Virus record (IMG/VR): IMGVR_UViG_3300046373_000196
Span: 1 to 64,000 of that record
Strand: one strand, 5' to 3'
Length of the DNA: 64,000 nucleotides
Source of the DNA: a virus
The notes under the pieces are model-generated. The model had not been told where the DNA came from. It ran no database searches and saw only the letters and a list, made by a program, of their open reading frames with translations. A program made the position numbers and the translations under genes. The number at the start of each line of letters is the position of its first letter. The first letter of the stretch is position 1. Shown here piece after piece: positions 8,120 through 16,510 of this stretch.

Positions 8120-9922
8120 TTATTGCAATTTTATTTTTACGATTGTATTGATATTCCCGCCGTTCTGCCCCCATTTATTGCGGTATGGATCGCCTTTGAA
8201 CGTATCGAGCGTGTAAGTGACGGTTGGATTAGCTGGAAGCTGTGGGACGGTGTTTCCTGCCTTTACATAGTCATTCTGCAAAGTCCATAGTGCAGGAGCA
8301 AGCGTAGTAATGTTATTCCCCGCATCACCGTAGGAAAAGGCCATGGCAAAGTGAATGATCTTGCCGCCACGCTTGAAGAAAGAGGAGCCGTAATCAAGAA
8401 GTCTTTGTGAGCTGGTCGGGTTTCCGTAGTAGGTGCTTCCATCGGTTGATAAATCTTCGGGATCAAACTCAATGGCTGCTTCTGCGTTCGGGAACGTCCC
8501 TGCATTGAAATCAGCAGAATAGATTTTATCATTGACTGAATATTGGTTGCCGCCTTCGGAAGAGTAAATCACATCAACGCCTTCAAAGATTTTATTCAGC
8601 CGGTAGGTCATGTACCAGGCGGACTGCGCGCCTCCTGCATCGGCATAAAATCCGCAAACCTTGCCGCCTCCTTCGTGTACACCATCCCGGAAATAAGCGT
8701 GTACAGAGGTTAGTCCGTCGGTTATGAACTCGTACCAGTGCTTGCCGACTGTCGTATTCCACATGTCGCCTGTGGTAAAAGCATCGGTCGGATCCTGTGA
8801 AACAGGTGGAGCAGAGCCAGCCAGACCTTTGCTTGCAATGTAAGAAGCCCACGCGGTGCGCTCTGCTTGTGAATACCCTGTCAATGCAACATTTTTTATT
8901 TCATGCGTTGACGGGTTAAAGCTTTTGATGATCGGATTGTAGTACTCTTCCGTCTCTCCAAAGCCAAGTGAAATGTAGTCCGTATCATTCGGGTACTGTG
9001 CAAGTACCTGCGCCATGTGTTTGACACACTTTTTGAGCTTTTCCTTGCCGGTTTGCGAGTACAGAGCGAATTCATACTTATCATTCTCTAATATCCACAG
9101 TTCACCATTTGATCCTGTCACGCGCTCACCATCGGGTACGAAACCATCACCAATTTTACGCACTCCCCAGAAACAGACACTGAACTTTAAGCCGCGCGAC
9201 TTGCAGTAGTTCATTGCCGCAAGAAGCTTTGCATCGTTGTAGTTGTTTTCAGTCGGTTCGTAGTCCATCCAGCGGACAAGAAGCCTCACACCGTTAATTC
9301 CTGAGAAGGTAGTGCCGTTGTAGGAAAGCGTATTGAAAGCGGTAATCCTTTTTCTCCACTCTTCATTAATTCCGTACTGGTCGGTCGGGTCGAAACCGTA
9401 ACCCGTTGTGTTCATGTAGATCCGTAGCCCACTGGAAGCAACAACAGGCGGCGCAGTCAGGGTAAAGGCTACCGGATTAGGCGTTGTAGGGCACCCGATC
9501 CCTTTGATGTACAGGAAATACTCGCCGTAACCGATCTGGTTATAATTAACTGTAATTGTAGGCGAAGAGCTTGAAGCAGAGCCTTGTCTTACGATGCCTG
9601 TACCGTTTGAGATGTTCCAGACAATATCCGGTACATTCAGTCCTGACCATGTGAAAGTAAGTGAAGTCTGGCTTTTGGCTGTAATGCCTGTGATGGTTGG
9701 ACCCGAGCAGACCGGCGTTGGATTGGTGGGTGTTGTCGGATCAGTCGGATTTGTCGGCGTAGTGCCGCCTGTTGTATCGATCCGGTTCATTAAACTTTCC
9801 AAAAGTAGCTTCACGTACTCCTGTGTCGCTGCTTTTCCTCCGTTGTTAATCCGAAGGTTTACCTGACCCAAACACATGGTATGGACAAGCAAAAGGATTA
9901 TTAAACCTTGTAATTTCTTCAT
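8120..9922 (-). CDS. exported multi-domain protein: fibre-like N-motif, Pro/Thr linker, Cys-bounded Ig-like module, TIM-barrel glycosidase-like domain
   Basis: Signal peptide MKKLQGLIILLLVHTMCLGQ. ATQEYVKLL motif. TNPTDPTTPTNPTP linker. CSGPTITGI...GIGC module. LLVRWMDYEPTENNYND...SRGLKFSVCFWG resembles GH42/GH14-type barrels, recognised by eye only. Confidence 0.5.
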   Translation of the reverse strand: MKKLQGLIILLLVHTMCLGQVNLRINNGGKAATQEYVKLLLESLMNRIDTTGGTTPTNPTDPTTPTNPTPVCSGPTITGITAKSQTSLTFTWSGLNVPDIVWNISNGTGIVRQGSASSSSPTITVNYNQIGYGEYFLYIKGIGCPTTPNPVAFTLTAPPVVASSGLRIYMNTTGYGFDPTDQYGINEEWRKRITAFNTLSYNGTTFSGINGVRLLVRWMDYEPTENNYNDAKLLAAMNYCKSRGLKFSVCFWGVRKIGDGFVPDGERVTGSNGELWILENDKYEFALYSQTGKEKLKKCVKHMAQVLAQYPNDTDYISLGFGETEEYYNPIIKSFNPSTHEIKNVALTGYSQAERTAWASYIASKGLAGSAPPVSQDPTDAFTTGDMWNTTVGKHWYEFITDGLTSVHAYFRDGVHEGGGKVCGFYADAGGAQSAWYMTYRLNKIFEGVDVIYSSEGGNQYSVNDKIYSADFNAGTFPNAEAAIEFDPEDLSTDGSTYYGNPTSSQRLLDYGSSFFKRGGKIIHFAMAFSYGDAGNNITTLAPALWTLQNDYVKAGNTVPQLPANPTVTYTLDTFKGDPYRNKWGQNGGNINTIVKIKLQ

Positions 9923-9968
9923 TAAAATAGTGTGTGTAGAATACGGTCATAAAGATAATTAATTTTAT

Positions 9969-9997
9969 AAATAAATATTGTAGAATGATATTTATTC
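9969..9997. promoter_or_regulatory. 29-bp dyad promoter/operator element, copy 2 (bidirectional)
   Basis: AAATAAATATT-gtagaat-GATATTTATTC. -7 boxes TATGTTTG at 10012-10019 (+) and TATCTTTA (rc of 9950-9957, -). Confidence 0.7.
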
Positions 9998-10026
9998 TGT
10001 TGATTAATTAGTATGTTTGAGGCGTC

Positions 10027-10110
10027 AATAACGTTGCAGGTTATTAACACTCAAAAAGATATTCAAAGCCTGGCTTAGTAGCGCTGCAACCGCGAACAGC
10101 CGGGCTTTTT
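10027..10110 (+). promoter_or_regulatory. structured 5' leader: hairpin plus terminator-like hairpin with complementary 7-nt apical loops
   Basis: Hairpin 1: AATAAC/GTTATT (10027-10045) with loop GTTGCAG. Hairpin 2: AAAGCCTGGCT/AGCCGGGCTTT (10065-10108) with inner GCG/CGC and apical loop CTGCAAC (10084-10090), then a T-run. The ATG is at 10124. Confidence 0.6.
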
Positions 10111-10123
10111 GTAATTTAATATT

Positions 10124-10777
10124 ATGGAAAAAGAAAAGTATGAGACTCAAAAGGATTTGTTTTATATTCTTGAAAATTGGGTTAACGGAGATTACCAAGC
10201 CAATTATTTAAGAACTATCAATAGAGAAAACAAGAAATATTTAATTTCGGATTGCCAGCGATATGTAAAATCTTGGGATGTTCCTGGTCAGGATTACAAA
10301 TACACTTTTATATACAAGTGGGCAAGAAAGTACTTTAAAGATGATAGCGAGCTAGGATTTAGGCGTTCTATTGATAGGAATTCAAATACAGATGGTGTCA
10401 TGAATTACTCACTAGTTCAACCTTACGAAGTACAATGCAATGAAGATTTTAAAAAGTTATTTGAGGGCAAACATTTGAGTCTGTATGACTTTAATATTCC
10501 TACTAATCATCCCTTTTCTGGATGGGATTTAAAAACAGTCTCTTATCTGAAATCGCTATTTAAAACAAATGAAGTTTACGTTTTTTTTGATGATGGAATA
10601 GAAAGAAAGCCTCAATCTGACCTACATAAAACAGGTACTTTATTTCATATGAACCATTTCGGGATTGACAAAAAATTTATAAAAAACGATTTGCAGTATT
10701 ATAATAGAACTATCATTTTTTGGCTATTTGAAAACAGATTAGTTTTTAAATATGAATCGGGGAAAGATACTTGGTAG
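10124..10777 (+). CDS. hypothetical protein
   Basis: ORF track. First gene after promoter copy 2 and the leader. Confidence 0.5.
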   Translation: MEKEKYETQKDLFYILENWVNGDYQANYLRTINRENKKYLISDCQRYVKSWDVPGQDYKYTFIYKWARKYFKDDSELGFRRSIDRNSNTDGVMNYSLVQPYEVQCNEDFKKLFEGKHLSLYDFNIPTNHPFSGWDLKTVSYLKSLFKTNEVYVFFDDGIERKPQSDLHKTGTLFHMNHFGIDKKFIKNDLQYYNRTIIFWLFENRLVFKYESGKDTW

Positions 10778-10855
10778 TCATTATTAAACGCCTAGTGAGT
10801 ATTTGAGGCAGTTGATTGGAAAGGAAATTGAGAAAAGTAAAGGGAATTAAAGACT

Positions 10856-11041
10856 ATGAAAATTAAACTACCAAGAAAACGCAAGAAGCGATTTATAAAA
10901 GCTAAAAGTAGATACGATTATCATATGTGTTGTATTGCTAATGAGGTTCTGTTCGAAGAAATACCTTGGAGAAGCCGTACTAAGTTTCCTGAATTCTTGA
11001 ATGTTCCCGGTAAAAGATTGAAGGTTTTATTTAATTATTAA
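10856..11041 (+). CDS. hypothetical small basic protein
   Basis: ORF track. Confidence 0.4.
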   Translation: MKIKLPRKRKKRFIKAKSRYDYHMCCIANEVLFEEIPWRSRTKFPEFLNVPGKRLKVLFNY

Positions 11042-11045
11042 CACC

Positions 11046-11258
11046 ATGAAAATATCAGATTTACCGCCGGGATTGAAGGAGTTGGCGGAGAGGAGAAAGA
11101 GCGAATACCCATTAATATCTCAATCGAAAGATGTAACATTTGCTATTAGATGGAATAAAACACCCGAAGGGAAACATTTTTGGTTGAAGATTTCAGTTGG
11201 CAACTTCACTCCCTTCTACAACTGCAAAATTGTTAACTGTAAACCGAAAATGAAATGA
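11046..11258 (+). CDS. hypothetical small protein
   Basis: ORF track. The W..TPEGK.FW motif recurs in small phage proteins. Confidence 0.45.
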   Translation: MKISDLPPGLKELAERRKSEYPLISQSKDVTFAIRWNKTPEGKHFWLKISVGNFTPFYNCKIVNCKPKMK

Positions 11259-11656
11259 TTATGGATAAATTAAAATTTTGTTTTGGACTTTTTATTGTTG
11301 GAGGTATTCTGTTGTTTCTGGTTTTGCTCTGTATTGAAAAGGAGGAACAAGCACGATGGACTGAGTGCGGTATTGTGATTAACATGAAAGATGGTTTTGA
11401 TGTAGTAGAACATTACCACCATAAAAGGTCAACAACCGCTTCTCTTGAAAACAAACTTGTTTTGGTCATTAATTACAGTGGAGATTTCCGTACAGAAGAA
11501 GTTTCTGAAAACCTTTATTATCGCAAGCATATAGGCGATCCTATTTGTTTCACACGTCACCCAGAAGGCTGGGGGTTTGCAGTTTTTATGTCAGGTGTTA
11601 GTTTCGTTGTAATAGCTGTTATGTTCTTTTGGAATTTCATAAAACTATTTTTTTAG
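11255..11656 (+). CDS. membrane protein
   Basis: N-terminal TM (FGLFIVGGILLFLVLLCI) and C-terminal TM. 4-nt ATGA overlap with the upstream gene. Confidence 0.5.
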   Translation: MIMDKLKFCFGLFIVGGILLFLVLLCIEKEEQARWTECGIVINMKDGFDVVEHYHHKRSTTASLENKLVLVINYSGDFRTEEVSENLYYRKHIGDPICFTRHPEGWGFAVFMSGVSFVVIAVMFFWNFIKLFF

Positions 11657-11657
11657 A

Positions 11658-11942
11658 ATGGAAAAACTAACCAAAGAAGAGCAAATAGCTGTGTTGGATA
11701 TGGCTATTGAGAAGATCAAATCCAGAATTAGCCACTTCATGTGTACAGCCATAAATTTCTCTATATGTGATAAATTTTATACACATTTTAAAGATTGCGC
11801 TATCGAATGTTTCCCTGATTTGCTTGATTATAAACCTGCTGATTTGAAAGATGATAAGCAATGGTTTCCACCTCAAGAAGTTGAACGCCGCCTCGAAATT
11901 CTCACCAAAATGAAAAATGACCGGATCAATGGGATTATCTAA
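11658..11942 (+). CDS. hypothetical protein, tandem paralogue A
   Basis: Shares the pattern EQ..L..AIE...MC.AI....P.L..Y.P...WF...R..ILT with 11917..12198. Confidence 0.5.
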   Translation: MEKLTKEEQIAVLDMAIEKIKSRISHFMCTAINFSICDKFYTHFKDCAIECFPDLLDYKPADLKDDKQWFPPQEVERRLEILTKMKNDRINGII

Positions 11943-12198
11943 CGAACAAAAGAAGCCAATACTAGAAAAAGCAATTGAGCTATTGCCAAAACAATACTTA
12001 ATGTGCTCAGCAATAACCGAAGCGGCGGTTTTGTGTGGAATCCCAAAGGAGGATGCTAAGGATGCGTTTAAGGTGATTCCTGAACTGATGCTTTATATGC
12101 CAGAAGTGAAAGTGACAAAGCATATATGGTTTCACACGGATACTGAAGGGTATAATAAACGCATCAACATTTTAACCGAAATCTATAACCAATTGTAA
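11917..12198 (+). CDS. hypothetical protein, tandem paralogue B
   Basis: See 11658..11942. The start may be the second Met at 11929. Confidence 0.5.
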   Translation: MTGSMGLSNEQKKPILEKAIELLPKQYLMCSAITEAAVLCGIPKEDAKDAFKVIPELMLYMPEVKVTKHIWFHTDTEGYNKRINILTEIYNQL

Positions 12199-12200
12199 GT

Positions 12201-12581
12201 ATGAGTGTACTAAAATTAACCATTAAAAAAGAATGGTTCGACATGATAAATTCGGGCGTTAAAAAAGAAGAGTACCGTGAGATAAAACCATATTGGGTTA
12301 GTCGATTATTCAAAGCGGATTTTGGATCGCTGGACTTAAAAGAAGCACATGATTACATGAAAGAAGGTTTACGATTAGCGTACAAATTTCCAAATGGACA
12401 CTTTACAACTCCTAGATTTTCAACTATAGAGTTTAAAAATGGATATGCAAAAGATGCTCCAACTATTCATGTGGTATGTGAAGGAATTACAATTGGAGAA
12501 GCAAAGCCGGAATGGTCTAATAATTGGCAGGGGAAAGTTTTTGTAATTAAGCTAGGAGATATTTATAGAAACGACATATAA
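12201..12581 (+). CDS. ASCH domain-like protein
   Basis: LKLTIKKEWFDMINSGVKKEEYREIKPYW matches the ASCH N-terminal pattern. Confidence 0.6.
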   Translation: MSVLKLTIKKEWFDMINSGVKKEEYREIKPYWVSRLFKADFGSLDLKEAHDYMKEGLRLAYKFPNGHFTTPRFSTIEFKNGYAKDAPTIHVVCEGITIGEAKPEWSNNWQGKVFVIKLGDIYRNDI

Positions 12582-12582
12582 C

Positions 12583-12795
12583 ATGGCAACAACAATGTCC
12601 CGAACCAACCGCGTGAAGAAATTCAACAGCGACGAAAAAGCGATCAAACAATTGCAAAAGTGCCCGATGATGCTTTTATCGCTCGGCACTGCATTTATCC
12701 GGGAGAAACTCGGAACCGAAGCCAAACTCGTGAAGCGGGGAATATGGGTTTATGATGTAAGGGAGTATGTTAAAATTTGGGAGGAAGGGAAATGA
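12583..12795 (+). CDS. hypothetical protein
   Basis: ORF track. Its stop overlaps the next ATG (ATGA). Confidence 0.45.
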   Translation: MATTMSRTNRVKKFNSDEKAIKQLQKCPMMLLSLGTAFIREKLGTEAKLVKRGIWVYDVREYVKIWEEGK

Positions 12796-12892
12796 AAAGA
12801 GAACTATTTGAAAAAATATTTGATGACGGGGATTCTGAGTGGAAAGGAGATAATGCTTTTCATGGTCTGCTGATTATTGCAAAATACTTTGA
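12792..12892 (+). pseudogene. 5' part of a small gene interrupted by the IS21-family element
   Basis: MKRELFEKIFDDGDSEWKGDNAFHGLLIIAKYFD reads in frame up to the target site. After 12892 the ORF continues into IS sequence. Confidence 0.8.
12885..12892. repeat. target-site duplication, left copy (TACTTTGA)
   Basis: Identical 8-mer at 15518-15525, directly flanking the IS termini. Confidence 0.85.
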
Positions 12893-13012
12893 TGGATATT
12901 TCGGAGAAGTTGACCACCTGATTCCGTGGCAAATTGACCAGCAAATTAGCTGGCGGCCGGAAGCAATAAATGCTGTAGAAGCGATGTCAAAATTAGTAAA
13001 TAAAAATTATAA

Positions 13013-13762
13013 TTACAGGTAACCGTTTTCGGTCTCCGGTTTACGCTTTCTTCTCATGGATTCTCCTTTTAATTCTATGCGGTGTGCGTCATGAACAATA
13101 CGATCTAAAATTGCATCCGCAATTGTTTTTTCTCCGATTACTTCGTGCCATTTGCTTACCGGTAATTGAGATGTGATGATAAGTGATGTCTTGCCATGCC
13201 TGTCTTCAATGATTTCCATCAGCGCTGCCCTGCTTTGAGCATCGAAGGGCTGGATGCCAAAGTCGTCAAGAATTAGGAGCTGCTGCCGCTCGATTTTAGC
13301 AATTTCTTTGATATAAGATCCGTCAGCCTTAGCCATTTTGAGCTTGGCAAAAAGTTTGGGAGTACTCGCGTAAAATACGCGGTAGCCCAGGATGCATGCC
13401 TGATGGCCAATCGCAGACGCTACATAACTTTTGCCGATCCCTGTGCTTCCAGTGATTAGCAGATTCTCGTTGCGTTCAATAAAAGTACACTCTGCCAGGC
13501 GTATAACCTGGTTGCGGTCGATACTCCGGTCAGCGTGGTAATGTACATTTTCAACCATGGCCTTATAGCGGAAGCGTGCAGACAGGATCTGCCGTTCTAC
13601 ACGACGGTTATTTCGATCATCCCATTCAGCGTCAACCAGATGAGCTAAAAGCTCATCTGGTGTATAATTGTTGGTCTGCCCGGTTTCCAGGCTACTTTTA
13701 AAGGCATGGAACATGCCGAAGAACTTAAGCTTGCGTAATTTTTCTAATGTGCTGCTATTCAT
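13013..13762 (-). CDS. istB: IS21-family helper ATPase IstB
   Basis: Walker A GSTGIGKSY, Walker B LLILDDFG, and a typical IstB N-terminus (KLKFFGM...). Confidence 0.9.
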   Translation of the reverse strand: MNSSTLEKLRKLKFFGMFHAFKSSLETGQTNNYTPDELLAHLVDAEWDDRNNRRVERQILSARFRYKAMVENVHYHADRSIDRNQVIRLAECTFIERNENLLITGSTGIGKSYVASAIGHQACILGYRVFYASTPKLFAKLKMAKADGSYIKEIAKIERQQLLILDDFGIQPFDAQSRAALMEIIEDRHGKTSLIITSQLPVSKWHEVIGEKTIADAILDRIVHDAHRIELKGESMRRKRKPETENGYL

Positions 13763-13782
13763 TTTATTAATTGTTTAAAGGA

Positions 13783-15333
13783 TTATTGATAGTAATCTTC
13801 GCCTCTGATATTATCATGTTTTGGCATTTGCAATTCGTCCGCAAAAAGACTGTCTTCATATTGATCCATGTTCTTCTCCAGGATGGTCTGGATTGTCTTG
13901 TAATTATATATCCCATAACTTAAGGCCCTTTGACAGGCGCTGATCAGTCTTTGTTCACCAGCCTTTTTTGCAAAAGATAAAATGCCGATACAGGAGCGGT
14001 AGGCCTGTTCGGGGTGCTGCTTACGGTCCAGGATTTTAAGGATATACAACCTGACATCTTCGTGGATTGATGCGGCCCATTCCAAAAAACGGTCAGGTGT
14101 CCAGTCTGTTACGAAGCGGTGCGTGCTGGCCAGATGTTCTTTATCCGTGGAATAACTGTAGGGGCTTTTAACACGCTTGTGCAGGGCTATGCGCTCGTAG
14201 TGATAGTACATCTCAACAAGAGAAGTAGAATATAAAAGCTTTACTTTTTTACCAATAAAGCGGTAAGGAACGCTATAATAGTGCTTATCTACCCCCAGGC
14301 AAACGTGACCGTTCTTCATTACCGTTACATGGGCGTGCTTTTTAAACTCATACCGCAGAAGCGGAAGCGGGGCCAGCGCAGAACGCTCAACTTCTTCAAA
14401 CTGAAGCCGACGGCTGTAATTACGTCCGCGCAGGAGCTGACTGTTATGTACTTCAAGTGCCTGAAGTATCGCAGAATTTAACTCAGAAAGTGAGCTGTAT
14501 ACCTGTTTTCTCAAAGGAGCATAGATCCGGCTGTAAACGATTTTAACCGCTCCTTCAACCAAGGCTTTATCGCGTGGTCGGTAAGCACGTGCAGGCAAAA
14601 TGGTAGTGCCATAATGATCAGCAAAATCAGCAAACGATTCATTCAGGGTAGGCTCATAACGGTGACTTTTAGTAACTGCTGCCTTTAAATTATCCGGAAC
14701 AATGGCAGCTGGAACACCGCCGATATAATGAAGTGTATTCTCGCAGGCAGCTATAAAATCTTCCTTCTGCTGGCTCATAACAGCTTCTACATAAGTAAGC
14801 TGACTAGCGCCAAGAATAGCAACAAATACCTCAACGTCAGTCACTTCTCCAGTCTCTTTATCTGTTAGATTCAGCTTGACGCCAGCAAAATCAACATATA
14901 ACTTATCACCTGCCTTGTGATCCTGATGCATCACAGGATTTACCCTGGCTTTCCATTTGGTTAAATGGAAGCAGAACTGGGTATAGGCAAAACCGTCGGG
15001 AAACTCTTTTTTATAGGCTTCCCAAAGCATGCGCCTATTTACTCCGGTTCGTTTTAGCTCCTTGTCAATATGGGGAAAACAACGCTGTAAGACCAGTAAA
15101 CGGTCCTGTGATGGTGGTTCTTTAACCGTGCCGAAAAAGTCGTCAAGTTCTTTATCATTGAGGCTGTTGATCTGTTCGAATGTAAGCCCGCTCGCATCAT
15201 AGGTAGCCATATACTTCTTGGCTGTATTACGCGAGACACCGGTCTGCTCAGCAATTGAAAGTTTGCTGCGACCTTGACTGTACATCCTTAAAATCTGTCT
15301 TATCTTACTCATGCTGATTGTCGAATTAGCCAT
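13783..15333 (-). CDS. istA: IS21-family transposase IstA
   Basis: N-terminal HTH (IRQILRMYSQGRSKLSIAEQTGVSRNTAKKY). DDE-type core with DFAG...D...E spacing typical of IstA. 516 aa. Confidence 0.9.
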   Translation of the reverse strand: MANSTISMSKIRQILRMYSQGRSKLSIAEQTGVSRNTAKKYMATYDASGLTFEQINSLNDKELDDFFGTVKEPPSQDRLLVLQRCFPHIDKELKRTGVNRRMLWEAYKKEFPDGFAYTQFCFHLTKWKARVNPVMHQDHKAGDKLYVDFAGVKLNLTDKETGEVTDVEVFVAILGASQLTYVEAVMSQQKEDFIAACENTLHYIGGVPAAIVPDNLKAAVTKSHRYEPTLNESFADFADHYGTTILPARAYRPRDKALVEGAVKIVYSRIYAPLRKQVYSSLSELNSAILQALEVHNSQLLRGRNYSRRLQFEEVERSALAPLPLLRYEFKKHAHVTVMKNGHVCLGVDKHYYSVPYRFIGKKVKLLYSTSLVEMYYHYERIALHKRVKSPYSYSTDKEHLASTHRFVTDWTPDRFLEWAASIHEDVRLYILKILDRKQHPEQAYRSCIGILSFAKKAGEQRLISACQRALSYGIYNYKTIQTILEKNMDQYEDSLFADELQMPKHDNIRGEDYYQ

Positions 15334-15396
15334 ACTTCCACACGATTGGTTCGTGTCAAAAGTAAGGTTGATTCCACAGCATTTTTTGCTCTACCC

Positions 15397-15517
15397 GGTG
15401 GTCAGTTTGCTCCGAATTCAGGTGGTCAATTTACTCCGAATTCGGGTAGTCAATTTCGCCCGGAACAGGTGGTCAGCTTAAACCGAATTGAGGTGGTCAG
15501 TTACACCGAATTTTCCA
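15397..15517. repeat. five direct subterminal repeats at the IS21 right end
   Basis: GGTGGTCAGTTTGCTCCGAATTCA / GGTGGTCAATTTACTCCGAATTCG / GGTAGTCAATTTCGCCCGGAACA / GGTGGTCAGCTTAAACCGAATTGA / GGTGGTCAGTTACACCGAATTTTCCA. Multiple transposase-binding repeats are a hallmark of IS21 ends. Confidence 0.8.
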
Positions 15518-15525
15518 TACTTTGA
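15518..15525. repeat. target-site duplication, right copy (TACTTTGA)
   Basis: Identical to 12885-12892. Confidence 0.85.
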
Positions 15526-15691
15526 TGCCAAAGAAAAAGATATTCTGGTTGCAGCAGAACACGATATTATTTACAGTGTAGATATAGATGAAATTATTGA
15601 GGCTGGGATAACCGAAAAAGATGCAACTGATTTAATGTTATTGAATTGGGGTATTGATGTAGATAATGACTGTTTATATTGTTTTGTTTGA
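15526..15691 (+). pseudogene. 3' part of the gene interrupted by the IS21-family element
   Basis: Joining 12892 to 15526 restores one frame: ...IIAKYFDAKEKDILVAAEHDIIYSVDIDEIIEAGITEKDATDLMLLNWGIDVDNDCLYCFV. Confidence 0.8.
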
Positions 15692-15702
15692 ATTGTACTC
15701 TC

Positions 15703-15915
15703 ATGACCAAGCCAGCCCTACAACACCTAAAAGAATCCTTTTCTGATCTGGATGAAAAGGAAATGGATAAGATGGTTGAAGTGATGAAAAGGTATGCGAG
15801 GGAGTGTATTGTTGCTTCAATTAACGATATTATAGTAATTGCTTCGGAATATATCAAATACGAGTATGGTGAATATGCAGATAAAGTTGAAAACTATAAA
15901 ATTGAAACTCCATGA
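15703..15915 (+). CDS. hypothetical protein
   Basis: The ATG at 15703 (MTKPALQHLKE...) was chosen because it lies downstream of the previous stop. Confidence 0.45.
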   Translation: MTKPALQHLKESFSDLDEKEMDKMVEVMKRYARECIVASINDIIVIASEYIKYEYGEYADKVENYKIETP

Positions 15916-16049
15916 AAACATTTCCTGAAATATTAGATGAACAATTAGCAATAGCGCCAAAGATGTTATGAGAATAGCGAATTATATGATGATGGGTTTG
16001 CTGTCGAAATTAACAAAGGCTCCATTTTAAACACTGAAATAATACTGCC

Positions 16050-16340
16050 ATGAGTGAAATAGCAAATTTAAAAGCTATGGGTAAGAAGCAACGTCAATTT
16101 ATTGAAACTATGCTTCAACATAAAGATCGGTTCGTTCAATATGTTCAATACCAAAACGAGCATAAACAAGAATTTTTAGTGCGTGATGGTGATTCTAACG
16201 ATTGGGAATCGCTGACACTTCCTTTCTTTCAGTCTCTTATTGATAGACGTATAATTCTAAACAGTGAGAGTTTCAACGCTACTGAGCATATCGTAATTGG
16301 AAATTATTATTTGAATCATACAATTAGTTTTGATCAATAA
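16050..16340 (+). CDS. hypothetical protein
   Basis: ORF track. Confidence 0.45.
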   Translation: MSEIANLKAMGKKQRQFIETMLQHKDRFVQYVQYQNEHKQEFLVRDGDSNDWESLTLPFFQSLIDRRIILNSESFNATEHIVIGNYYLNHTISFDQ

Positions 16341-16342
16341 AT

Positions 16343-16510
16343 ATGAGAACTGTAAGCTGGGTTATTATTGAAACGGCAACAGGTAGAGCAGTTTTAGAAA
16401 CATATCAAAAATCTATCACAGAAAAGGTTAACACTGACAAGTATTTGGTTATCCCAATACTGTTATATTTACAGAATTTAAACAAAAACTATGGGATTAA
16501 CAAACTATAA
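16343..16510 (+). CDS. hypothetical small protein (55 aa)
   Basis: My translation: MRTVSWVIIETATGRAVLETYQKSITEKVNTDKYLVIPILLYLQNLNKNYGINKL. It fills the gap between neighbouring genes. Confidence 0.35.
   Translation: MRTVSWVIIETATGRAVLETYQKSITEKVNTDKYLVIPILLYLQNLNKNYGINKL

Larger units (their letters stand above)
12893..15517 (-). mobile_element. IS21-family insertion sequence (istA + istB), complete
   Basis: Imperfect terminal inverted repeats: left end TGGATATTTCGGAGAAGTTGACCACCT, reverse complement of the right end TGGAAAATTCGGTGTAACTGACCACCT. Repeated subterminal GGTGGTCA/TGACCACC sites, two genes in IstA-IstB order, and an 8-bp TSD. Confidence 0.9.

Noticed and set aside
8263-9866. ORFs 8263..8532, 8592..8852, 8896..9084, 9015..9209 and 9594..9866
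   Set aside because: All are nested in, or antisense to, the 600-aa exported protein gene 8120..9922. They have Arg/Cys-rich or low-complexity translations typical of wrong-frame reads. The same reasoning rejects the other nested or antisense ORFs: 1774..1965, 2208..2540, 2996..3202, 6212..6577, 6605..6844, 8001..8216, 11667..11876, 14281..14481, 15054..15254, 15594..15857, 16917..17147, 17048..17383, 18681..18905, 18967..19266, 19714..19950, 22581..22802, 24873..25055, 25235..25426, 26120..26320, 26317..26718, 27425..27631, 27686..27868, 29560..29763, 31923..32171, 32268..32456, 33414..33596, 33923..34231, 36394..36672, 36636..36881, 36791..37042, 37220..37438, 37538..37795, 37795..37998, 38036..38236, 38049..38267, 38461..38877, 41220..41429, 42348..42536, 42352..42549, 45190..45459, 47315..47506, 49710..49934, 50282..50494, 50726..50959, 50856..51089, 52530..52742, 53262..53534, 53744..53941, 54095..54289, 54757..54972, 55329..55565, 55742..55969, 55773..56069, 55976..56296, 57775..57984, 57893..58111, 58539..58793, 59124..59357, 59179..59364, 59207..59455, 59448..59678, 59994..60242, 60157..60357, 60423..60701, 61427..61612, 62554..62748 and 62745..62936.
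15916-16049. Gap with two roughly 20-codon ORFs (MKTFPEILDEQLAIAPKML and MRIANYMMMGLLSKLTKAPF), considered as a decayed gene
   Set aside because: The ORFs are too short and carry no recognisable similarity. They cannot be told apart from chance ORFs.
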